From Candidatus Electrothrix yaqonensis (GTDB lineage: Bacteria; Desulfobacterota; Desulfobulbia; Desulfobulbales; Desulfobulbaceae): a stretch of 32,000 bases of DNA. A program made the position numbers and the translations under genes. The DNA is taken from NCBI GenBank assembly GCA_047651235.1, contig CP178758.1:3150001-3182000 (forward strand). The letters are read 5' to 3'. Shown in pieces: positions 15,740 through 24,387 of the stretch. Numbering within the stretch: the first letter of the stretch is position 1; every line of letters begins with the position of its first letter. Under the pieces are notes generated by a model. The model was given only the letters and a program-made list of their open reading frames with translations. It searched no databases and was not told the DNA's origin.

Positions 15740-16144
15740 TTAATCCATCGGTGTTTTCACCCCGAACAGCTGCTCCAGTTTGTGCAGCAGGGCGGTGACC
15801 AGTTTTGAGTCTGCCGGTTTATGTTCGATCCGGAAACGCCATTTGCCGGTGGAGGTGCGTTCGATTTTGATGTGACTGCGGAGGAGAAAGGTTACGGCTA
15901 CCAGGGTGGCTACCTCGGTGCCGGGGAAGAAGGTTTTGCAGGTTTCATCCTGATTGCGCAGGGCCTCTATGGTTGCGGCCTGCTGCGGGTCTTGGTTGAG
16001 GACGGCCAAGGTGTCCTCAAGGATTTCCGGGTCCAGGTCGGCAGGGGGCGGTGCTGCGGGGAATTCGGCCTGGAAGGCGGCGAAATCCGGGTCAGCGGCG
16101 GCTAGGGTGTGGAGGATGCAGTGGTCTTGTTCAGTTGTGCTCAT
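15740..16144 (-). CDS. 134-aa protein of unknown function, translationally coupled to the CHAT-STAND gene
   Basis: ATG at 16144 lies inside the last codons of the upstream gene (14-nt overlap, 16131-16144). The N-terminal half is acidic and Pro/Ala-rich. A hydrophobic stretch (VATLVAVTFLL) follows, then a conserved C-terminal tail. No family recognised. Confidence 0.65.
   Translation of the reverse strand: MSTTEQDHCILHTLAAADPDFAAFQAEFPAAPPPADLDPEILEDTLAVLNQDPQQAATIEALRNQDETCKTFFPGTEVATLVAVTFLLRSHIKIERTSTGKWRFRIEHKPADSKLVTALLHKLEQLFGVKTPMD
15761..15849 (-). repeat. Copy A of the ~89-bp repeat (the in-gene, intact copy)
   Basis: Encodes GKWRFRIEHKPADSKLVTALLHKLEQLFG within CDS 15740-16144. 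Direct repeats of it lie at 14910-14998 and 13746-13832. Confidence 0.9.
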
Positions 16145-19100
16145 TGAGTTTCTGCTCCAATTGGTCAAGGGGGATGTGTTGCTCCAGTCCGGCCTGCTGC
16201 CAGTTTTGCCGGAGTATGGTTTGGGTTTTCGGGTCGGCGGCTTGAAGTGCCCGGATAAAATTTCGAGCTACGATGACAAAGCTGTGCGGGTCATCAAAGC
16301 GGAGGAAAACCGGCATAGCCTTCAGATACCATTCTCCGGCACTTGCGTAATCCTTCTGTAAGAGGGCAAGCTGTCCAAGCTGGTGATAGGTGCTCGCCGC
16401 GCCATGCTCGTTACTCTGTTTTTCTTTGAGAGTGAGAGATTTTTTATACCAATTTTCTGCTGCTACAAACTCTTGTTGCTCCTGGGCGATTATTCCCAAA
16501 TGGTGATATGTCATTGCCGATCCGGGCTCATCACCTTGTTTTTCTTTGATCTCCAGAGATTTTACATACCATTGTTTCGCTGTTGCAAAGTCGCGCTGTT
16601 CTTCGGCAATTCTTCCTAACTGGTGAAGGGTCACTGACGCACCACGCTCGGTGCCCTGCTCTTCCTCTATCGTTAGAGATTTCTTGTACCATTGTTCTGC
16701 AGCTACAAAGTTCCGTTGCTTTTGAGCGATGCTTCCTAACTGGTGATAGGTGGCTGCCGCCTCGTGCTCGTTGCCCTGTCTGTTAAAAATCGTGAGCGAT
16801 TTCTTATACCACTGTTCCGCTGCGGTAAAATCACGCCGCTCCTCGGCGATAATCCCTATATGGTGATAGGTGACTGCCGCATCGTGCTCGTTGCCATGTT
16901 TTTCAAAGATAGCCAGCGATGTCTTATACCACTTTTTCGCCGCAGCAAAATCCCGCTGCTCCTCAGCAATTCTCCCTAAATCGTGATAACATCTTGCTTC
17001 GCCTATATAATTTTTCTCTTTTTGGTGATGTTCAACAAGGTTGGCAAACAACTGTGCTGCGCCTGCATAATCACGGCTATTCAGAGCATAGGCCGCTAAT
17101 CTTGTAGTTAGGGCGGTGATATCCTGAGCCATGCCAAGATGCTGCGCCAGTTCCAAGGCATGATGAAAATTGCCCTGATGCAGAGCAAAAGGAATGCGTT
17201 GTTCGTGTAATTCTTTCAACGCAAGCTGGTCGGCAAAGCTACCCATGAAATCAACAAAGGCCCGTTTCAACCCTTCCGTTGCCGGATGCTGCCGTTCCAG
17301 ATGACTTTGCAGGGCAGGGTGCATTTGAAAGATATTGCTACCCAGAGCATTGACTAAACCTGCGGTTTCCAGCAAAGCAAAACAGTTTTGAATCGGCTCG
17401 CTGTTTTCCTCCGTGTTCAGCATGTACTGAGCAAGATAATTCTGCTCCACAAACCGCCGATGCAGACCGATCAACTGAAGCACCGGGCCGTATTCCTCCG
17501 GCAGGCCCTGATCAAGCACAGCCAAGGCCGCTAAAATCCGGCTTCCGGATTCGTCTCCTTCAAGCAGGGCAAACTCCTTGCGCAGATCAGCCAGTAGCTC
17601 TTTTGCCCCTTTGTCTTTTAATTGTAGCAGCACCGTGCGCAAAGCCAGCGGATGCCCGTCCAACTCCTCAATCAGAGCACGGAAATCCTCGTCATCCCGC
17701 CTGACGGTCAACCCTAAATCACGCAGCACCTGATTGCAGAACTGCCACAGCTCTTCCCCGTGCAGGCCGGACAGAGGCAGGCGGAAGCATTCCCCGGTAC
17801 TTAGCCATTTTTCCGCAGAGCGGCTGGTGATGAGCACCTTGGTTTTGCCGCCACGCAATCCGGCCAGCAGTTCTTTGAGCAGGCCCCGGTCATCCTCGGA
17901 CAGCATGGGCCGAACTTCCGTGCCTGCAAGCCCGGAGGCGGACTCGAAGTTATCCCAGATCAGCAGAAAGGGGTGCGCCTTCAAGACCTTGATCAACCCG
18001 GCCAGCTTCTGTTCCAGCGGCGCAGCAAGGGCATCGGTACCAAAAATACCGTCAATTAGCTGATTGATCACAAACTCTGCACTGCGGATTTCATCAAAGC
18101 TGAACCAAAAGACCTGCTGCGCAATCTGCTGATCCAGCCCGCCGGTATCCCGCAGCCAATGGAGAAAACCTTTTGCCAAAGTAGTCTTGCCCACACCGGC
18201 CATGCCGTGAATCAGAAAGGCTGCCTGGGGCTGGCGCAAGCGGGCACGTTCCAACTGCTGCACGGCCTGCTGCCGCCCGATAAAGCCGTCATCACCCAAT
18301 TGCCGGGCCTGTTCCGGGAGCGGGTCCGGTGCAGCGTCTTGCTCCAGAGTAAATTTGTCCGCCCCTGGAGTCGCTGCAACCGGTCGTGCCAGCACGGTCT
18401 CATCCCCCTGCATCTGTTGATAGAGCACCGGCACCAGCCAGTCCTGCAAGGGATGTTCACCGAGCAAACAGGGCCGCTGATCATGAACCAGCATGGCCTG
18501 GCGACCGGCACGGGTGGCTTCGGCCACATTGGCGGTTTCCAGTAGGCGGGAGTAAAAGGCAGGCATAAAGTGCTGCGCCCCGCTGACATAGAGGTTATAA
18601 CCCATTGCCATCACGCTACGGATACCGGCCTTGAGCAGGGCCGCTGCTACTGAGGCAAAGGCGTCCTCGGCCTGATCGTCAATCCGGGCCGACTGGCAGG
18701 CGTTGAGCACCATGATCGGAATGCGGTATTCAGCCAGCAGCTCCGAGAGCAGGCGGGCCTCCACCGGGGCAGCCTCAGCCTCGTCATTTTCAAAGAGCAG
18801 CCTGCCCTGCGCCCCGCTTTTGAAAGCGTCCGAGGAAATGCTGTCCTCAGTTGCGCCGTAGCCGCCGTGGCCGTCAAAATGAACAATATGGTAAAATTCC
18901 GGTCTGTCGTGGAGCTGCTGCCGAAGTTGGTCAAAGGTGGGCGGGCGCAGCACGTCAATATGCACAGGCAATTGCTGCTCGCGGGTCAGTTCCACCAGCG
19001 GACGGGACAGGGCATGAAAGCCCACATCGCTGTCCCCGCCGGGTCGGGCAATGACCAGCAGGATGTTGATGCGATCCTTGGGCAAGTTCTCCGGCAACGG

Positions 19101-19604
19101 CAGCGGATCATTCAGGTCTTTGTTGATCTGCCGCTCAATCCGGCAATGATGGGCCAAGGTACCGATCTCCGGGTCATGTATAGCCTCCCAAGGCCAAGCC
19201 AGCACACCGGGATCATCAGAAGAAATCTTCAGATGCAGATTTTCTAGGCCCTTTTGCCGGGCCTCCTGCAACCAGAGATATGCCTGCTTCTGAAACAGGG
19301 CTTCAAAGCAGCTTTTGCCCCATTGTTGCAAGGTATCCTGGACCCGCTCGGCCAGCTCAGGATATGCGCCTGTGGGTAATTCAAGAAACTGCTCCAGATA
19401 CCAGCGCAGATCCTGCTGCAAATTGCTGCTCGGACGACCGGGAACACGGGTCTGATCCGGCCCGGTGAGTGTCACCGGAGCAGAGGTCTTCAGGTCGCTG
19501 CCGCCGCCGCGTATGACGATAAACTGCGGATTGTTCTGCTCGTTGTTCTGATAACCGATATGGTTGATCTGCAACTGGTGCGATTGATGCAGTCGGGAAG
19601 GCAT
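16131..19604 (-). CDS. CHAT protease - NB-ARC (STAND) ATPase - TPR repeat protein
   Basis: 1157 aa. CHAT dyad candidates are HFDGHG (His ~246) and VLNACQS (Cys 303). Walker A is GMAGVGKTT (Lys 473), Walker B is LLIWDNFE, and the NB-ARC GxP motif is GHPLAL. Five near-perfect plus flanking degenerate 40-aa TPR units follow (WYKKSL.I.E.QGNEH.AA.TYHQLG.IA.EQRDF). GGAG SD lies 7 nt upstream of ATG 19604. Confidence 0.9.
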   Translation of the reverse strand: MPSRLHQSHQLQINHIGYQNNEQNNPQFIVIRGGGSDLKTSAPVTLTGPDQTRVPGRPSSNLQQDLRWYLEQFLELPTGAYPELAERVQDTLQQWGKSCFEALFQKQAYLWLQEARQKGLENLHLKISSDDPGVLAWPWEAIHDPEIGTLAHHCRIERQINKDLNDPLPLPENLPKDRINILLVIARPGGDSDVGFHALSRPLVELTREQQLPVHIDVLRPPTFDQLRQQLHDRPEFYHIVHFDGHGGYGATEDSISSDAFKSGAQGRLLFENDEAEAAPVEARLLSELLAEYRIPIMVLNACQSARIDDQAEDAFASVAAALLKAGIRSVMAMGYNLYVSGAQHFMPAFYSRLLETANVAEATRAGRQAMLVHDQRPCLLGEHPLQDWLVPVLYQQMQGDETVLARPVAATPGADKFTLEQDAAPDPLPEQARQLGDDGFIGRQQAVQQLERARLRQPQAAFLIHGMAGVGKTTLAKGFLHWLRDTGGLDQQIAQQVFWFSFDEIRSAEFVINQLIDGIFGTDALAAPLEQKLAGLIKVLKAHPFLLIWDNFESASGLAGTEVRPMLSEDDRGLLKELLAGLRGGKTKVLITSRSAEKWLSTGECFRLPLSGLHGEELWQFCNQVLRDLGLTVRRDDEDFRALIEELDGHPLALRTVLLQLKDKGAKELLADLRKEFALLEGDESGSRILAALAVLDQGLPEEYGPVLQLIGLHRRFVEQNYLAQYMLNTEENSEPIQNCFALLETAGLVNALGSNIFQMHPALQSHLERQHPATEGLKRAFVDFMGSFADQLALKELHEQRIPFALHQGNFHHALELAQHLGMAQDITALTTRLAAYALNSRDYAGAAQLFANLVEHHQKEKNYIGEARCYHDLGRIAEEQRDFAAAKKWYKTSLAIFEKHGNEHDAAVTYHHIGIIAEERRDFTAAEQWYKKSLTIFNRQGNEHEAAATYHQLGSIAQKQRNFVAAEQWYKKSLTIEEEQGTERGASVTLHQLGRIAEEQRDFATAKQWYVKSLEIKEKQGDEPGSAMTYHHLGIIAQEQQEFVAAENWYKKSLTLKEKQSNEHGAASTYHQLGQLALLQKDYASAGEWYLKAMPVFLRFDDPHSFVIVARNFIRALQAADPKTQTILRQNWQQAGLEQHIPLDQLEQKLNEHN
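16334..17000 (-). repeat. Tandem 120-bp coding repeats (TPR units) inside the CHAT-STAND gene
   Basis: On the + strand, TGGTGA(T/A)(A/G)GGT... recurs at 16381, 16501, 16621, 16741 and 16861. Degenerate units lie on both sides. The period is exactly 120 nt and in frame. Confidence 0.85.
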
Positions 19605-19713
19605 GGTCTGCTCCTGTCAGGGATTTGAAAACGAAGAACAACAGCAACAGAATACCATGAATTCGATAAGATTCCAATTCTGTATCGGAGCTGGAGAAGG
19701 CCGTCACTTCCCG

Positions 19714-20625
19714 TTAAAAGAAGCCCGAATACCGAAAAGCGATAAACAGGACGGAACAGGCAAGGACTGCCTGAATAAGATATGCCGGGACAAAGCGCTG
19801 CAGTCTGGCACCGCAGTACATCCCGGCGTATCCGCCCAGGCCGAAAAGCAGGCCGAGTCCCCAATCAGGGGCAACAGCGGCTTGGGGCAGAAAAAAGGCT
19901 GCACAATGAAAAAAGACAACTCCGGCACAGGACGTTATTAGGGTACCCATAAGCGCGGCTCCGGCAACCGTGTGGACCGGTAATCCGAAAACGGAAACAA
20001 AAAAAGGTGCCATGAATGCCCCGCCGCCGATGCCGTATACTCCACCGATGACCCCGACAATCAGACTGAGCAGCATGACGGACCGAGTGGCTATCTGATA
20101 GGTCTGTCCTTGAAAAGTGAACCCCAGCGACTGCACATTAAACCAGGGAGAACTGACCGTCTCTGTCCTCTCCGGACGGCCAGCGGAAGCCCCTCCTTCC
20201 GGCCGCTTCTGCGCTCTTCTGTTTCTGTATATTCTGCAGATACTTTCCAGTAGACGGAAACCTATATAGAGCATGACCACAGCGATAAACCGCTTGAAAA
20301 GAGTCGGATCAAGCAGATAGCGGGTGCGGACAACCGTGCCGACCAGCACACCGGGCAACGTACCGAGAATGACTGCCCAGGTGAGCGGCCAGACCATTCT
20401 GCCTTCCCGGATATACCGGTAGACGCCTCCGGGAATAGCAACCGTATTAAACAGATGATTTGTCGCGCTGACTGACGGGGAGGTGAAGCCGAGATAACTG
20501 ACCTGAAAAGGAAGGAGGAGGAAAGCGCCTGATACTCCCCCCATAGAGGTGAAAAAGGAAATTCCGAAGGACACCAAGGGAGGCAGCCAAGGCTGCACGT
20601 CTATATCTGCGGTCGGAAAATACAC
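19714..20625 (-). CDS. TauE/SafE (DUF81) family anion exporter
   Basis: Polytopic membrane protein with two halves, each with a Gly-rich helix (TSMGGVSGAFLLLP and GGVYGIGGGAFMAPF). GTG start at 20625, 12 nt after the upstream stop. Confidence 0.85.
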   Translation of the reverse strand: MYFPTADIDVQPWLPPLVSFGISFFTSMGGVSGAFLLLPFQVSYLGFTSPSVSATNHLFNTVAIPGGVYRYIREGRMVWPLTWAVILGTLPGVLVGTVVRTRYLLDPTLFKRFIAVVMLYIGFRLLESICRIYRNRRAQKRPEGGASAGRPERTETVSSPWFNVQSLGFTFQGQTYQIATRSVMLLSLIVGVIGGVYGIGGGAFMAPFFVSVFGLPVHTVAGAALMGTLITSCAGVVFFHCAAFFLPQAAVAPDWGLGLLFGLGGYAGMYCGARLQRFVPAYLIQAVLACSVLFIAFRYSGFF

Positions 20626-20637
20626 AGGACAGCAGGA

Positions 20638-20922
20638 CTATTCACCGATCCATCTGTTGAGCGTATTGATAATTTTTCCTGCCTGTCCGGCACTGGAAAT
20701 ATTAAATTTCGATTTGGAAAGGTACTCTCCGTTCCGCTTCTGATAACGGCGGATCGTATATTTCTCCGGCCCGTACTCCTGTTTGTTGCGGTCGAATTCC
20801 TGATAGCGGAAAAGGATCGTCGTCCAAGCGCCTCTGGTCAGTATCTCCTTCTCAAGTTCTTTGACAACCAGCGTCCCTTCTTCTTCGTAGTTAATTGATA
20901 TTTCGTCAATATCAGCAGCCAT
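20638..20922 (-). CDS. Hypothetical 94-aa protein
   Basis: ATG start and coding-like composition, in an operon position between the CHASE2 gene and TauE. No family recognised. Confidence 0.5.
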   Translation of the reverse strand: MAADIDEISINYEEEGTLVVKELEKEILTRGAWTTILFRYQEFDRNKQEYGPEKYTIRRYQKRNGEYLSKSKFNISSAGQAGKIINTLNRWIGE

Positions 20923-20964
20923 GTTTTCTCCTTGAACGTAAAAAATATTTCGTCTGTTCGGGTT

Positions 20965-23118
20965 TCAGTGATGTAGTCTGCCCACGGATGTATGCAGGGC
21001 AAGGGCAGCCGGTACAGGCTCTGTCTCTTCTGTATGCGTATGCTGCGGGGGAGTACTCAGCAGCTGCCGTTCCTGTTCCGATTCGGCGTATTTGATGGCA
21101 ACCTCCCGGAAGGACTCATGCACCCGCATAAAAACAGCAATGAGTTCCGGATCAAAATGTGTGCCGCTGTCCCCCTGCATGATAGCCACAGCCTTTTCAT
21201 GCCTGACCGGTTTTTTGTAGGGCCGTTTTGAGGTCAGGGCATCATACACGTCCGCAATCGCCATGATGCGGCCTGCCAGCGGGATCTCTTCGCCGGAAAG
21301 TCCCTGAGGATAGCCGCTGCCGTCCCATTTTTCCTGATGAGTATACGCGATTTCCAGAGCTTTTTCCAGAAAACGGTTCCTGCCCACTCTTTTCAGCGCA
21401 ATCTCGATGATCTGCTTCCCGTAATATGTATGCTTTTTGATCTCCTCAAACTCGTCTCTGTCCAGACGCCCCGGTTTCAGCAGGATGCTGTCCGGAATGC
21501 CTATCTTGCCCACGTCATGCAGCGGAGCGACCCTGCAGATAACTTCCGTTTCTTCAGAGGAGAGGGCATCCTGGAACTTTTCTGTTTTCTGCAGCTCTTC
21601 CGCCATAATCTGCAGATAACGCTGGGTTCTTCTGATATGCCCTCCGGTCTCCTGGTCCCGTGCCTCTGTCAGTGCTGTGATAATTTCCAGCATTGCCTCC
21701 TGCATCAGAAAAAATTCCTGTTTCCTCTTCCGGCGCCTATGTTCGGACCTATAAAATTTCATCAGATAAACCAGGAAAAAACTGCAGATCAGAGAAAAAA
21801 CAGGATACAGAGGAGAAAGAAAAATACCGGTGGCTGCAAACAGGGCTTCCCCTCCGCGAAAAAGTCCTGCTCCGATCAGGACGAAAGCAAGCAGGCCTGT
21901 CCACGTTCCGAAACGGAAAAACAAAACGGTCGCAGACAGACCTGTGAGTAAAATAATACCGGTTTCCAGCGCCTCCTTCCAGTGAGGATGCAGCAGAAAA
22001 TCTCTGCCGAGAATATTGTCCACAATATTGGCATGAAATTCCACTCCGGGAAAAATCGAATCAAAAGGCATGTGATGCGTATCCTGCAGTCCGGCAGCAG
22101 AGGTTCCCACCAGTACAACCCTGTTTCTGAACTTGCCTGACCGCACATTACCGTTCAGGATGTCGGCAGCGGAAATATACTCAAACGTCCGGGCCGGACC
22201 TCTGAACCTGACAGTAAAAAAACCTTTTCGGTCCAGCGGGATAAACAAATCATCCAGCATGATGCCTTCCACGCCGAACCTGGAAACTCTGAGAAGCTGC
22301 GTTGCGGGCTGCAGGGCCGTGATCACAGTGGCAAGAGAAAGGTTAGGATATATTTTGCCCTGATAGGCCATCAGCAGGGGCACTCTGCGCAATATCCCGT
22401 CATGATCCGGAGACGTATTGACAAAACCGCTCATTTTTACCGCATCATCCAGCACCGGAATATTACAGACTGCGCCGTCCGCCGTAATCAACGGAAGCTG
22501 ATCCGCAGCAGCACCTTCAGCAAACTTGACCGTAATATTGAGCGGTACCGGAAAACAACGGTCAGTCGATTCCTGTCCGGATTCCTCCCCGTCAAAGGTC
22601 AGATACATACCGGGAACAAACTTTCCATGCGCCAGGGTGTCAGCAAGTAACTCTTCACTTTCAAACAGATAATCCGGAATACCCGAATCCCTGAAACTGA
22701 TACCGAACTGATTCTCTATGGTCTTGCGGACATTTTTCAGAGAGGTTCCTTCCGCATCCGGAAAAAAGATATCCAGTCCTACAGCCGCTGGCTGATCAAA
22801 ATTAATTTTCTCCAGTAGTTCGGCAATCCTGTATCTCGGCCAGGGCCATTTTCCGTATTCTTTCAACGATTTTTCATCAATATCCACAATAAGCGGAATG
22901 CCTGTCGTCGCCGAAATGCGGGATGCCCACAGGTAATAGTCGTAAATTTTCAGACTGATGTCGGAAAGAATCGGCTGGGGAAACATGCAGAGGAGGGTCA
23001 TGATTGATGTCGGGAGCATCCCGAACACCAGCGGGAACCAAGGGACAGAATGTTTTGCCCTCCCGGATCGGACTGATCCGGTTCGAGACCGGATGCCTGA
23101 TACAGACGGAACGGTCAT
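20965..23118 (-). CDS. CHASE2 sensor / HD-GYP domain protein (putative c-di-GMP phosphodiesterase)
   Basis: An N-terminal TM helix, a large extracytoplasmic CHASE2-like region (IVDIDEKSLKEYGKWPWPR...) and a TM cluster. The C-terminal domain is HD-GYP (HDVGKIGIP...HQEKWDGSGYPQGL...IADVYDALTSKRPYK). Confidence 0.9.
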   Translation of the reverse strand: MTVPSVSGIRSRTGSVRSGRAKHSVPWFPLVFGMLPTSIMTLLCMFPQPILSDISLKIYDYYLWASRISATTGIPLIVDIDEKSLKEYGKWPWPRYRIAELLEKINFDQPAAVGLDIFFPDAEGTSLKNVRKTIENQFGISFRDSGIPDYLFESEELLADTLAHGKFVPGMYLTFDGEESGQESTDRCFPVPLNITVKFAEGAAADQLPLITADGAVCNIPVLDDAVKMSGFVNTSPDHDGILRRVPLLMAYQGKIYPNLSLATVITALQPATQLLRVSRFGVEGIMLDDLFIPLDRKGFFTVRFRGPARTFEYISAADILNGNVRSGKFRNRVVLVGTSAAGLQDTHHMPFDSIFPGVEFHANIVDNILGRDFLLHPHWKEALETGIILLTGLSATVLFFRFGTWTGLLAFVLIGAGLFRGGEALFAATGIFLSPLYPVFSLICSFFLVYLMKFYRSEHRRRKRKQEFFLMQEAMLEIITALTEARDQETGGHIRRTQRYLQIMAEELQKTEKFQDALSSEETEVICRVAPLHDVGKIGIPDSILLKPGRLDRDEFEEIKKHTYYGKQIIEIALKRVGRNRFLEKALEIAYTHQEKWDGSGYPQGLSGEEIPLAGRIMAIADVYDALTSKRPYKKPVRHEKAVAIMQGDSGTHFDPELIAVFMRVHESFREVAIKYAESEQERQLLSTPPQHTHTEETEPVPAALALHTSVGRLHH

Positions 23119-23242
23119 ACCGGCTCATCCCGGCAGGAGAAGGCAGATGACCGGATACAGCAGTCCTCTCTGCCATGACAGCATGGTTCCGGCTGTACTG
23201 TCGGCTGAATCAACTCCGTTGCCGTCCCCATAGCTCTTTCCA

Positions 23243-23878
23243 TTATCTGACAAAGATTTCCACCCGTCTGTTTCTCGGTTCCGACACATTATCATCGGTC
23301 GGAATCATGGGATCATTCTCACCATGCGATGAGACCTCAAGTGCTTCACGGGGTACATCGGCAGCCAGCAGCTTCTTTTTCACTTCAACAGCTCTTTTTA
23401 AAGAAAGTGCGAGATTATATTCACTGCCGGCCCTGGTGTCGGTATGTCCGACAACGGAAACCCTGCAGGGAAGACGTTCGTGTATCTTTTCCAGCATAGC
23501 AGCCAGCTTTTTCTCCGACGCTTCGGTCAGCTCCGCTGTCCCTGAGGTAAAGTAAAGGATGTAGTGATCAGTACTGTCCGGGATTACCTTCAGTGCGGCC
23601 TGAAAATTTTCCTGAATATCTTGGGCAGACAAAATTTCGGTTGTTGCAGGTATGCAGTTTTCTCCGACCTGCACGGCCTCATAAGCTTCAGAGAGACGAA
23701 TGCTCCCTGCTTTATTCGATATAATGATCTCTCCAACCTTTCCTTCAGTATCCGGTATAAGAACAAACAGATCTCTCTGTGCCGGGCAATAAACCGCATC
23801 CGCCGCATTCTTTTTCTGTCCCGCGCAGCCAGCAATCAGAAAAGCAGACAGGGTCACGGACAGGAAAAGTTTATGCAT
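23243..23878 (-). CDS. OmpA-family lipoprotein
   Basis: Lipobox FLIAGCAG. C-terminal OmpA-like peptidoglycan-binding domain (VVGHTDTRAGSEYNLALSLKRA...NRRVEIFV). Confidence 0.85.
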   Translation of the reverse strand: MHKLFLSVTLSAFLIAGCAGQKKNAADAVYCPAQRDLFVLIPDTEGKVGEIIISNKAGSIRLSEAYEAVQVGENCIPATTEILSAQDIQENFQAALKVIPDSTDHYILYFTSGTAELTEASEKKLAAMLEKIHERLPCRVSVVGHTDTRAGSEYNLALSLKRAVEVKKKLLAADVPREALEVSSHGENDPMIPTDDNVSEPRNRRVEIFVR

Positions 23879-23928
23879 ATATGTTACCCCTCGTTATGTT
23901 ACACTTTCTTGCTCCTTCCGTTTTACCT

Positions 23929-24387
23929 CTACTCTTTCACCGGAGCCGCTTTGACCAGAAAACTGGTCCCTCTGATACCGACCACAGCTGTCGGCGTTTT
24001 GAACTTCACGGAATCCGGTGACAGTCTGCCGATGGCGCCGGAAATATAGGAAGCTGTTCCCTGCACAAGTTCGGTCAGAAATGAAAACACCCCCTGCTTG
24101 GGATTGAAAACATAATGATCGATATTAATTTCACTGTCCGGGCCGAGAGAAATTCTGGTATTATCGGTAAAGATAACCCCCATCGCTCCATTGCCTCCGG
24201 TAATAAGTCTGTCTCCCATCTTGATACGGATGCCGTCTTTCGCTATAATTTGGCGACCGTCACGAAGAATGGTTCCGGAACCGGTGACGTTTCTGAGTCC
24301 GCCGACAAATTCGTGAGCAAAAACAGCTGGTGCCGCAGCAGGAAGTAAACAGGCAAGCAACAACAATACGATTTTTCTTCTCAACAT
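23929..24387 (-). CDS. FecR-domain secreted protein
   Basis: Start moved to ATG 24387 (MLRRKIVLLLLACLLPAAAPAVFA, a signal peptide). FecR-like beta-rich body (G.GTILRDGRQIIAKDG..I..GD.L.TG..G...V.F.D.T...L). Confidence 0.8.
   Translation of the reverse strand: MLRRKIVLLLLACLLPAAAPAVFAHEFVGGLRNVTGSGTILRDGRQIIAKDGIRIKMGDRLITGGNGAMGVIFTDNTRISLGPDSEINIDHYVFNPKQGVFSFLTELVQGTASYISGAIGRLSPDSVKFKTPTAVVGIRGTSFLVKAAPVKE

Noticed and set aside
16334-17000. Regularly spaced ~120-bp repeats that could superficially suggest a CRISPR-like or satellite array
   Set aside because: The units are contiguous with no unique spacers, in frame, and translate to consecutive TPR units of a continuous 1157-aa ORF.
19605-19713. 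ACAGAAT...ATTCTGT hairpin between TauE and the CHAT gene as a terminator
   Set aside because: A 7-bp AT-rich stem with a 23-nt loop and no clean U-tract. Not convincing.
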